This document shows positions 28,461 to 35,651 of a DNA stretch of 35,651 bases, in pieces; position 1 is the first letter of the stretch, and each line of letters begins with the position of its first letter. The position numbers were made by a program, and so were the translations under genes. The DNA is from a virus (Duplodnaviria > Heunggongvirae > Uroviricota > Caudoviricetes), in the IMG/VR virus record IMGVR_UViG_2654587746_000005; one strand, given 5' to 3'. Under the pieces are notes generated by a model. That model searched no databases. It was given only the letters and a program-made list of their open reading frames with translations, and was not told the origin of the DNA.

Positions 28461-29039
28461 ATGAAGGGGCTTGAGAATGCCATCCGCAATCTGAACAGCC
28501 TTGATACCCGTATGGTGCCACAGGCCAGCGCATGGGCGATAAACCGTGTGGCACAGAAAGCGGTCTCGGTTGCCACCCGGCAGGTTGCCGGGAATACCGT
28601 TGCGGGAGATAACCAGGTGAAAGGGATCCCCCTGAAACTGGTACGTCAGCGTGTCCGGGTGTTTAAAGCCAGTCCGTCAGGAAAAATGACGGCCAGGATC
28701 CGCGTTAACCGGGGCAATCTGCCCGCCATTAAGCTGGGGACAGCCCGGGTCAGACTGGCCCGGCGTGGTGGAAAACTGCAGTACCGTGGCAGTGTGCTGA
28801 AGGTGGGTAAATATCTTTTCCGGGATGCGTTTATTCAGCAACTGGCGAATGGTCGCTGGCATGTGATGCGGCGTATTGATGGCAAAAATCGTTACCCCAT
28901 TGATGTGGTGAAAATCCCGCTTTCCGGACCGCTGACACAGGCATTTGAAGATGCCCGCGACCGCATCATTGCTGCGGAAATGCCGAAACAGCTGGGGTAT
29001 GCACTGAAACAACAACTGAGGTTATGGCTGACCCGATGA
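28461..29039 (+). CDS. Z: Tail completion protein Z (lambda gpZ-like)
   Basis: 192 aa. MKGLENAIRNLNSLDTRMVPQASAWAINRVA... and ...FRDAFIQQLANGRWHVM...KNRYPIDVVKIP closely match recalled lambda Z. Confidence 0.85.
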   Translation: MKGLENAIRNLNSLDTRMVPQASAWAINRVAQKAVSVATRQVAGNTVAGDNQVKGIPLKLVRQRVRVFKASPSGKMTARIRVNRGNLPAIKLGTARVRLARRGGKLQYRGSVLKVGKYLFRDAFIQQLANGRWHVMRRIDGKNRYPIDVVKIPLSGPLTQAFEDARDRIIAAEMPKQLGYALKQQLRLWLTR

Positions 29040-29437
29040 ACCGACATACACAAATCCGCCAGGCCGTACTGGCACGCCTTCGGGAACAGTGTGGAGACAG
29101 CGCCACGTTTTTTGACGGGCTTCCGGCATTTATTGATGCGCAGGAACTGCCTGCCGTGGCGGTGTGGCTGAGTGATGCTCAGTACACCGGAAAAATGACG
29201 GATGAAGATGACTGGCAGGCTGTTCTGCATATTGCTGTCTTCATCCGGGCACAGGCACCGGATTCAGAGCTGGATATGTGGATGGAGAGCACCATTTTCC
29301 CGGCCCTGAATGATATACCGGCACTTTCCGGACTCATCGACACCCTGATCCCTCTCGGTTTTAACTATCAACGTGATAATGAGATGGCCACCTGGGCGAT
29401 GGCGGAAATCACGTACCAGATCACGTACACGAATTAA
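29036..29437 (+). CDS. U: Tail terminator U (lambda gpU-like)
   Basis: ATFFDG.PA..D...LPAVAV.L....YTG and PDSELD.WMES.I.P....IPALS.LI match recalled lambda U. ATGA overlap with Z. Confidence 0.85.
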   Translation: MNRHTQIRQAVLARLREQCGDSATFFDGLPAFIDAQELPAVAVWLSDAQYTGKMTDEDDWQAVLHIAVFIRAQAPDSELDMWMESTIFPALNDIPALSGLIDTLIPLGFNYQRDNEMATWAMAEITYQITYTN

Positions 29438-29448
29438 AGGAGGTGGCA

Positions 29449-30189
29449 ATGACCACACCAAATCCACTGGCAAAAACGAAAGGTGCGGGAACGACGTTCT
29501 GGATGTACACCGGCAAGGGCGATGCGTTTGCGAACCCTTTATCGGACACTGACTGGCTGCGTCTTGCGATGGTGAAGGATCTGCAACCTGGCGAAATGAC
29601 CGCTGATGCAGAAGATGACTCTTATCTCGATGATGAAGATGCAGACTGGAAAACGACAACCCAGGGGCAGAAATCCGTCGGTGATACTTCGGCGACGCTG
29701 GCCTGGCGTCCGGGTGACAGCGGGCAGAAAAAACTGGTTCAGTTGTTCGACTCCGGTGAAGTCTGCGCGTTTCGTATCAAATATCCCAACGGCACTGTTG
29801 ATGTTTTCCGTGGCTGGCTGAGCTCACTGGGTAAAACCATTGCCTCAAAAGACGTGATGACCCGCACAGTGAAAATCAGCGGTGTGGGGCGTCCGTATCT
29901 GGCAGAGGAAGGCACTGAAACAGTGAGCTGTCCGGGCTGCAGAGAATTGAATATCTGGCGTTTGTTCAGCAGCGAACGGCAAAGTTTGATGCCGAAGAGG
30001 GAGAACTGCCGGAGGCTGAACGACAGATTGCTTTTCTGCGGATGGGGATGGATATCAATGCCTGGCTGGTTTCCCGCTCACTGTGGAATGCGGAACAGTC
30101 TCAGGATGTTGAGACGCTTTGCGCATCCGTTATTACAACATGGTCGTATGATGCCCTGGGAGCGGGGGCGGAGATGGTTCTGTCGCTGA
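29449..30189 (+). CDS. V: Major tail protein V homologue (N-terminal domain intact to about 29915; the ORF then continues out of frame through G-homologous DNA)
   Basis: Residues 1 to about 156 align with recalled lambda V (…[12 protein letters not shown]…[10 protein letters not shown]…RTVK…VGRP…). The last about 90 residues are Trp/Arg-rich with no similarity, and the same DNA in another frame encodes a G homologue. Confidence 0.75.
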   Translation: MTTPNPLAKTKGAGTTFWMYTGKGDAFANPLSDTDWLRLAMVKDLQPGEMTADAEDDSYLDDEDADWKTTTQGQKSVGDTSATLAWRPGDSGQKKLVQLFDSGEVCAFRIKYPNGTVDVFRGWLSSLGKTIASKDVMTRTVKISGVGRPYLAEEGTETVSCPGCRELNIWRLFSSERQSLMPKRENCRRLNDRLLFCGWGWISMPGWFPAHCGMRNSLRMLRRFAHPLLQHGRMMPWERGRRWFCR

Positions 30190-30257
30190 GCGGTATGGGA
30201 GCCATTGAGAATGCCGGGGATTTGGAGCATGAGGTGCTGACGCCGGAAAAGTCCTGA
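29919..30257 (+). pseudogene. G: Tail assembly chaperone G homologue lacking its 5' end and start codon
   Basis: The frame opens just after a TGA at 29916..29918 and reads [13 protein letters not shown]…ITTW…LSGMG…, matching lambda G from about residue 17 onward. There is no ATG/GTG/TTG before 30042. Confidence 0.55.
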
Positions 30258-30595
30258 CGCGGGAAATGCAGTTTGTCATGCGGCTTGCCCGGGAGTTCCG
30301 GCGGGCAGACTGGCGGCGGATGCTGTCGGAAATGTCGGCCACTGAGCTTGGTGAGTGGGGCGATTATTTCCGGATGCAGAGCTTCAGTGATGTGTGGATG
30401 GATGCGCAGTTTGCCTCGCTGAAGGCATTGATCGTGAGAATGGTGTCCGGTAGCAGTGATGCTGCGGTGGCTGATTTCAGCCTTTTACCGGAAGAGAACG
30501 GGATACCGGAGCGAACGGACGAAGAACTGATGCATCTTGGGGAAGGTATTTCCGGAGGTGTGCGTTATGGACCAGATAGCCAACCTGGTCATTGA
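30233..30595 (+). CDS. T: T-portion of the tail assembly chaperone G-T (-1 frame relative to G), normally expressed by programmed frameshift
   Basis: The -1 frame opens at 30233, overlapping the last 8 codons of G, and the A-rich heptamer GGAAAAG (30245..30251) sits two codons before the G stop. This is the lambda G/G-T architecture. Confidence 0.5.
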   Translation, partial: GADAGKVLTREMQFVMRLAREFRRADWRRMLSEMSATELGEWGDYFRMQSFSDVWMDAQFASLKALIVRMVSGSSDAAVADFSLLPEENGIPERTDEELMHLGEGISGGVRYGPDSQPGH

Positions 30596-33500
30596 TTTGG
30601 GGATTGATGCGGCAGAGTTTAAAAATGAAATTCCCCGTATCAAAAACCTTCTGAATGGTGCAGCCAGCGATGCAGAACGGTCTTCTGCCCGTATGCAGCG
30701 TTTTATGGAGCGTCAGACTCAGGCCGCCCGGCAGACAATGCAGGCGGCTTCTTCGGCTGCAACAGCCGCATCCGTCCATGCGCAGACGGTGGAGAAGAGC
30801 GCACAGGCTCATGAACGCATGGCCCGCGAGGTGGAGCAAACCCGCCAGCGTATGGAGGCACTGAGCCAGAAAATGCGCGAGGAACAGGCGCAGGCCATGG
30901 CTCTGGCGGAGGCTCAGGATAAAGCGGCTGCCGCGTTTTATCGTCAGATTGACAGTGTGAAACAGGCCAGTGCGGGGCTGCAGGAATTACAGCGTATTCA
31001 GCAGCAGATCCGACAGGCCAGAAACAGTGGCGGGATTGGTCAGCAGGATTATCTGGCGCTGATTTCTGAGGTTACGGCGAAAACCCGTGTTCTTACGCAG
31101 GCTGAGGCAGAGGCTACCCGACAGAAAGTGGCGTTTATCCGTCAGCTTAAAGAGCAGGCAACCCGCCAGAATCTTTCCTCTTCTGAGTTGCTTCGTGCTA
31201 AGGCTGCCCAGCTGGGGGTAAGCAGTGCTGCAGAAGTGTATATCCGCAAAATGGAGCAGGCAGGAAAAGCCACGCATTCGCTGGGTCTGAAAAGTGCAGC
31301 GGCCCGCCAGGAGATAGGCGTTCTGATAGGTGAACTGGCTCGCGGCAATTTAGGTGCGCTGAGGGGATCCGGGATAACGCTGGCTAACCGTGCCGGATGG
31401 ATAGACACACTGATGTCACCGAAAGGCATGATGCTGGGCTGGGTTATTGGCGGTATTGCCGCGGCCGTCTATGGTCTGGGTAAAGCCTGGTATGATGGTC
31501 AGAAGGAGGGGGAAGAATTTAACCGCCAGTTGTCGCTGACGGGGCATTATGCCGGAGTCACTGCCGGGCAGCTGTGGACGCTCAGTCGTGCTATTTCCGG
31601 GAATGGTATTACGCAACATGCTGCAGCCGGTGCGCTGGCTCAGGTGGTGGGGAGTGGTGCATTTCGTGGAAACGATATCGGTATGGTGGCGAGAGCTGCC
31701 GCACAGATGGAGCGATCGGTTGGCCAGTCGGTCGGCGATACCATAAATCAGTTTAAGCGGCTGAAGGATGATCCTGTAAATGCCGCGAAGGCTCTGGACA
31801 ATGAGCTGCATTTTCTTACTGCCACTCAGCTTGAGCAGATACGCGTCCTTGGGGAACAGGGGCGGTCCAGTGATGCGGTACGGATAGCCATGTCTGCACT
31901 GGCAGAGGAAACCGGTCGGCGTACTGCGGATATTGATAATAACCTCAATGCGCTGGGCAGTACGCTGAAGTATCTGTCTGATTTATGGAGTCGTTTCTGG
32001 GATGCGGCCATGAATATTGGTCGTGAAGACTCGCTGGATGAACAGATTTCCGCTTTACAGGAGAAAGTGTCGCGGGCGAAAAGACTCCCCTGGACGGCAT
32101 CATCTTCTCAGGTTGAGTACGATCAGCAGCGTCTTAACGAGCTTCAGGAGAAAAAACGCCAGAAGGATTTGCAGGATGCAAAAGAGCAGGCAGAGCGGAA
32201 TTATCAGGAGCAACAGAAACGCCGTAATGCTGAAAATGCTGCACTGAACCGGATGAATGAAACGGAAGCAGCACGACATCAGCGTGAAATTGCGCGTATT
32301 AATGCCATGCAGTACGCCGATCAGGCTGTCAGGGATGCGGCGATACAACGTGAAAATGAACGTTACGAGAAAGCCCTGGCATCCGGTAAGAAAAAAACAC
32401 GCGAACCCCGTAATGATGAGGCCACCCGGTTATTGCTGCAGTACAGTCAGCAACAGGCACAGGTGGAAGGACAGATTGCTGCTGCCAGACAGTCAGCAGG
32501 CATTGCCACGGAAAGGATGACAGAAGCGCATAAACAGCTTCTGGCTCTGCAGCAGCGCATCAGCGACCTGGACGGGAAAAAACTGACGGCAGATGAAAAG
32601 AGTGTGCTGGCCCGTAAAGATGAACTGATTCAGGCACTGACGCTGCTGGATGTAAAACAGCAGGAGCTTCAGAAACAGACGGCACTCAACGAGCTGAAGA
32701 AAAAAACAATTCAGCTGACCAGTCAACTGGCTGAAGAAGAGCGCGCTCAGCGTCAGCAACATGACCTGGATATCGCCACGGTGGGTATGGGTGATCAGCA
32801 GCGGCAGCGATATCAGGTACAACTGAGTCTTCGCCAGAAATACCAGCAACAGCTGGAGCAGTTGAGGCGGGATAGTGAGCAGAAAGGAACATATAACACG
32901 GATGACTACAGAAAGGCCGAGCAGGCGCTGACGGAGAGCCTGAACCGACAACTGAATGAGAATCGCCGTTACTGGCAACAGCTTGAAGTTGTGCAGGGTA
33001 ACTGGAAAAACGGAGTCCTGCGTGCATTTCAGGATTTTACCGTGGATGCAGATAATACGGCAGGAACAGCAGAACAGGTGTTCTCGTCAGCCTTCAGCAA
33101 CATGGGAAATGGCCTGGCAACTTTTGTCACTACCGGCAAACTCAATTTCAAATCCTTCACCTCTTCTGTGCTGTCAGATATGGCGAAAATCCTGGCGCAG
33201 GCAACCATGATGAAATCGATAAAAGGGATTGGCAGTGTACTGGGATTTGATCTCAGCAGCCTTTCCCTGAATGCCAATGGGGGGATTTATCAGTCTGCTG
33301 ATTTGAGTCGTTACAGTGGCACGGTGGTTAACCGTCCGACGTTTTTTGCTTTTGCAAAAGGCGCGGGTGTGATGGGGGAAGCGGGACCTGAAGCCATTCT
33401 GCCTCTGCGTCGTGGTGCTGACGGTAAGCTGGGGGTTGTGGCGGATATTGGTGGTTCAGGTATGGCGATGTTTGCCCCGCAGTACAACATCGAGATCAAT

Positions 33501-33632
33501 AACGATGGCACGAACGGGCAGATAGGTCCGGCTGCCCTGAAGGTGGTTTATGACCTTGGGAAAAAAGCGGCAGCGGACTTTATGCAACAGCAGGCCCGTG
33601 ATGGTGGTCGGTTAAGTGGAGCATATCGGTAA
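30567..33632 (+). CDS. H: Tail tape measure protein (lambda gpH-like)
   Basis: 1021 aa, highly alpha-helical with Ala/Gln/Glu/Arg-rich coiled coil, and a Gly-rich C-terminal region. Lambda gene order. RBS GGAGGTG. Confidence 0.9.
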   Translation: MDQIANLVIDLGIDAAEFKNEIPRIKNLLNGAASDAERSSARMQRFMERQTQAARQTMQAASSAATAASVHAQTVEKSAQAHERMAREVEQTRQRMEALSQKMREEQAQAMALAEAQDKAAAAFYRQIDSVKQASAGLQELQRIQQQIRQARNSGGIGQQDYLALISEVTAKTRVLTQAEAEATRQKVAFIRQLKEQATRQNLSSSELLRAKAAQLGVSSAAEVYIRKMEQAGKATHSLGLKSAAARQEIGVLIGELARGNLGALRGSGITLANRAGWIDTLMSPKGMMLGWVIGGIAAAVYGLGKAWYDGQKEGEEFNRQLSLTGHYAGVTAGQLWTLSRAISGNGITQHAAAGALAQVVGSGAFRGNDIGMVARAAAQMERSVGQSVGDTINQFKRLKDDPVNAAKALDNELHFLTATQLEQIRVLGEQGRSSDAVRIAMSALAEETGRRTADIDNNLNALGSTLKYLSDLWSRFWDAAMNIGREDSLDEQISALQEKVSRAKRLPWTASSSQVEYDQQRLNELQEKKRQKDLQDAKEQAERNYQEQQKRRNAENAALNRMNETEAARHQREIARINAMQYADQAVRDAAIQRENERYEKALASGKKKTREPRNDEATRLLLQYSQQQAQVEGQIAAARQSAGIATERMTEAHKQLLALQQRISDLDGKKLTADEKSVLARKDELIQALTLLDVKQQELQKQTALNELKKKTIQLTSQLAEEERAQRQQHDLDIATVGMGDQQRQRYQVQLSLRQKYQQQLEQLRRDSEQKGTYNTDDYRKAEQALTESLNRQLNENRRYWQQLEVVQGNWKNGVLRAFQDFTVDADNTAGTAEQVFSSAFSNMGNGLATFVTTGKLNFKSFTSSVLSDMAKILAQATMMKSIKGIGSVLGFDLSSLSLNANGGIYQSADLSRYSGTVVNRPTFFAFAKGAGVMGEAGPEAILPLRRGADGKLGVVADIGGSGMAMFAPQYNIEINNDGTNGQIGPAALKVVYDLGKKAAADFMQQQARDGGRLSGAYR

Positions 33633-33961
33633 TGGAGACGTTTCACTGGAAAGTGCGCCCGGATATGAATGTGGTATCAGAGCCGAAAGTGGTGACAGTG
33701 AAGCTGGGCGATGGTTATGAACAGCGTCGTGCGGCGGGACTGAATAACCAGTTGTCGACTTACAGCGTGACGATACGTGTTCGTAAATGTGAACACCCAT
33801 CTTTAAAAGCCTTTCTGGAACGGCACGGTGGCGTCCGCGCATTTCAGTGGACGCCACCTTATGACTGGAAACCGATTAGGGTGGTTTGTCGTAAATGGTC
33901 GGCAAGCGTGGGGGCGCTGTGGGTAACCATAACGGCAGATTTTGAACAGGTCGTGGCATAG
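33632..33961 (+). CDS. M: Minor tail protein M (lambda gpM-like)
   Basis: 109 aa, the same length as lambda M, in the correct position after H. Confidence 0.85.
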   Translation: METFHWKVRPDMNVVSEPKVVTVKLGDGYEQRRAAGLNNQLSTYSVTIRVRKCEHPSLKAFLERHGGVRAFQWTPPYDWKPIRVVCRKWSASVGALWVTITADFEQVVA

Positions 33962-33970
33962 GAGGCTCTG

Positions 33971-34669
33971 ATGCAGGATATTCCACAGGAAACACATCAT
34001 GAGACGACACGCCTCACTCAGTCAGCCCAGGTGGTGCTCTGGGAAATCGATCTGACAGAGGTCGGTGGTGAACGTTATTTTTTCTGTAATGAGCAGAACA
34101 AAAAAGGTGAGCCGGTTACCTGGCAGGGGCGGCAGTATCAGGCATACCCCATTCAGGGGACGGGATTTGAACTGAATGGCAAGGGCAGTGCTGCCCGTCC
34201 GACACTGACGGTTTCTAACCTGCACGGCATGGTCACCGGGATGGCGGAAGACCTGCAGAGTCTGGTCGGCGGAACGGTGGTCAGGCGTAAGGTTTACGCC
34301 CGTTTTCTGGATGCGGTGAACTTCGTCAACGGAAACAGCGACGCCGATCCGGAGCAGGAGGTGATCAGCCGCTGGCGCATCGAGCAGTGCAGCGAACTGA
34401 GTGCGGTCAGTGCCTCCTTTGTACTGTCCACACCGACGGAAACGGATGGTGCCGTTTTTCCGGGGCGCATCATGCTGGCTAATACCTGCACCTGGACCTA
34501 TCGCGGTGATGAGTGCGGTTATCACGGTCCGGCTGTCGCGGATGAATATGATCAGCCGACGTCCGATATCACGAAGGATAAATGCAGCAAATGCCTGAAT
34601 GGCTGTAAGTTTCGCAATAACGTCGGCAACTTTGGCGGCTTCTTTTCCATTAACAAACTTTCGCAGTAA
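33971..34669 (+). CDS. L: Minor tail protein L (lambda gpL-like) with C-terminal Cys cluster
   Basis: 232 aa. Cys motif CTWTYRGDECGY…CSKCLNGC, as in the Fe-S-binding gpL. Confidence 0.9.
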   Translation: MQDIPQETHHETTRLTQSAQVVLWEIDLTEVGGERYFFCNEQNKKGEPVTWQGRQYQAYPIQGTGFELNGKGSAARPTLTVSNLHGMVTGMAEDLQSLVGGTVVRRKVYARFLDAVNFVNGNSDADPEQEVISRWRIEQCSELSAVSASFVLSTPTETDGAVFPGRIMLANTCTWTYRGDECGYHGPAVADEYDQPTSDITKDKCSKCLNGCKFRNNVGNFGGFFSINKLSQ

Positions 34670-34674
34670 ATCCC

Positions 34675-35418
34675 ATGACAGAGACAGAATCAGCGATTCT
34701 GGCGCACGCCCGGCGATGTGCGCCAGCGGAGTCGTGCGGCTTCGTGGTGAGAACGCCGGAAGGGGAAAGATATTTTCCCTGCGTGAATATCTCCGGTGAG
34801 TCGGAGGCGTATTTCCGGATGTCGCCGGAGGACTGGCTGCGGGCAGAGATGCAGGGTGAGATTGTGGCGCTGGTCCACAGCCACCCCGGTGGTCTGCCCT
34901 GGCTGAGTGAGGCCGACCGGCGGCTGCAGGTGCAGAGTGATTTGCCGTGGTGGCTGGTCTGCCGGGGGGCGATTCATAAGTTCCGCTGTGTGCCGCATCT
35001 CACCGGACGGCGCTTTGAGCACGGGGTGACGGACTGTTACACGCTGTTCCGGGATGCTTATCATCTGGCGGGGATTGAGATGCCGGATTTTCATCGCGAG
35101 GATGACTGGTGGCGTCACGGTCAGAATCTCTATCTGGATAATCTGGAGGCCACAGGGCTGTATCAGGTGCCGTTGTCATCAGCACAACCGGGCGATGTGC
35201 TGCTGTGCTGTTTTGGTTCATCGGTGCCGAATCATGCCGCCATTTACTGTGGTGATGGCGAGCTGCTGCACCATATTCCTGAACAACTGAGCAAACGTGA
35301 GAGGTATACCGACAAATGGCAGCGACGCACACACTCCCTCTGGCGTCACCAGGCATGGCACGCATCTGCCTTTACGGGGATTTACAACGATTTGGCCGCC
35401 GCATCGATCTGCGTGTGA
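34675..35418 (+). CDS. K: Tail assembly protein K (JAB/MPN + NlpC/P60 domains)
   Basis: JAMM-like HSHP motif (ALVHSHPGG) and an NlpC/P60-type Cys/His region (GVTDCYTLF…HAAIY). Lambda K position. Confidence 0.85.
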   Translation: MTETESAILAHARRCAPAESCGFVVRTPEGERYFPCVNISGESEAYFRMSPEDWLRAEMQGEIVALVHSHPGGLPWLSEADRRLQVQSDLPWWLVCRGAIHKFRCVPHLTGRRFEHGVTDCYTLFRDAYHLAGIEMPDFHREDDWWRHGQNLYLDNLEATGLYQVPLSSAQPGDVLLCCFGSSVPNHAAIYCGDGELLHHIPEQLSKRERYTDKWQRRTHSLWRHQAWHASAFTGIYNDLAAASICV

Positions 35419-35651
35419 AAACGGGGGCCGAAGCCATCCGGGCGCTGGCCATGCAGATCCCGGCGTTTCGTCAGAAGCTGAGCGACGGCTGGTATCAGAT
35501 ACGCATTGCCGGGCGTGATACAGGTGAAACGGAATTATCAGCCCGTCTTAATGAACCGCTGGCAAATGGTGCTGTGATCCACATCGTGCCGCGTCTGGCA
35601 GGAGCCAAAAGTGGCGGTGTGTTCCAGGCTGTGCTGGGGGCGGCTGTTATG
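35316..35651 (+). CDS. I: Tail assembly protein I (partial; continues beyond window end)
   Basis: ORF starting at ATG 35316, overlapping the end of K. It reads MAATHTLPLASPGMARICLYGDLQRFGRRIDLRVKTGAEAIRALA…GAKSGGVF…, closely matching recalled lambda I. There is no stop within the window. Confidence 0.8.
   Translation, partial: MAATHTLPLASPGMARICLYGDLQRFGRRIDLRVKTGAEAIRALAMQIPAFRQKLSDGWYQIRIAGRDTGETELSARLNEPLANGAVIHIVPRLAGAKSGGVFQAVLGAAVM

Noticed and set aside
29443-30189. Track ORF presented as one 248-aa protein
   Set aside because: Only the first about 156 residues are V-like. The remainder is an out-of-frame reading of G-homologous DNA, so it is not a genuine 248-aa major tail protein.
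30987-33511. Numerous ORFs on both strands inside the tape measure gene (e.g. 32493..32978 minus, 161 aa)
   Set aside because: They lie within the continuous 1021-aa tape measure ORF, and their translations are repetitive Leu/Gln-rich mirror images of the coiled-coil coding sequence.

Overview
The whole window is one lambdoid prophage of Qin/DLP12 type (DicA/DicC immunity, DicB/DicF cell-division inhibitors), almost certainly from an Escherichia/Shigella-like host. It reads from the integrase end to the tail genes: int, xis and a RecE-family exonuclease (minus strand); ydfD, dicB, DicF sRNA, ydfA-like; the dicA/dicC switch with palindromic operators; a replication gene with internal ori iterons; a nin-like region carrying a QueH-like Fe-S gene and a hok/mok toxin locus; ydfU-like (DUF968) and a QuuD-type Q antiterminator with a downstream terminator; a visibly AT-rich cargo island between Q and the lysis genes (Blc-like lipocalin, TudS/YbgA-like Fe-S protein, AppY-like AraC regulator); an S21-type pinholin, SAR endolysin and Rz/Rz1; a csp/gnsB accessory region interrupted by an IS200/IS605 element (tnpA/tnpB); cos, terminase, portal, a fused protease-scaffold-capsid gene; and lambda-like tail genes Z, U, V, G/T, H, M, L, K, I (I cut by the window end). 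The most interesting observations are (1) two prophage-borne Fe-S enzymes tied to tRNA/nucleobase modification (QueH-like, TudS-like) sitting in classic moron slots, and (2) an apparent deletion fusing the 3' end of V to the 5' end of G, which together with the IS insertion suggests a decaying prophage that still carries intact cargo. All identifications rest on motif reading and recalled family sequences; no database search or computation was run, and all start codons are unverified.
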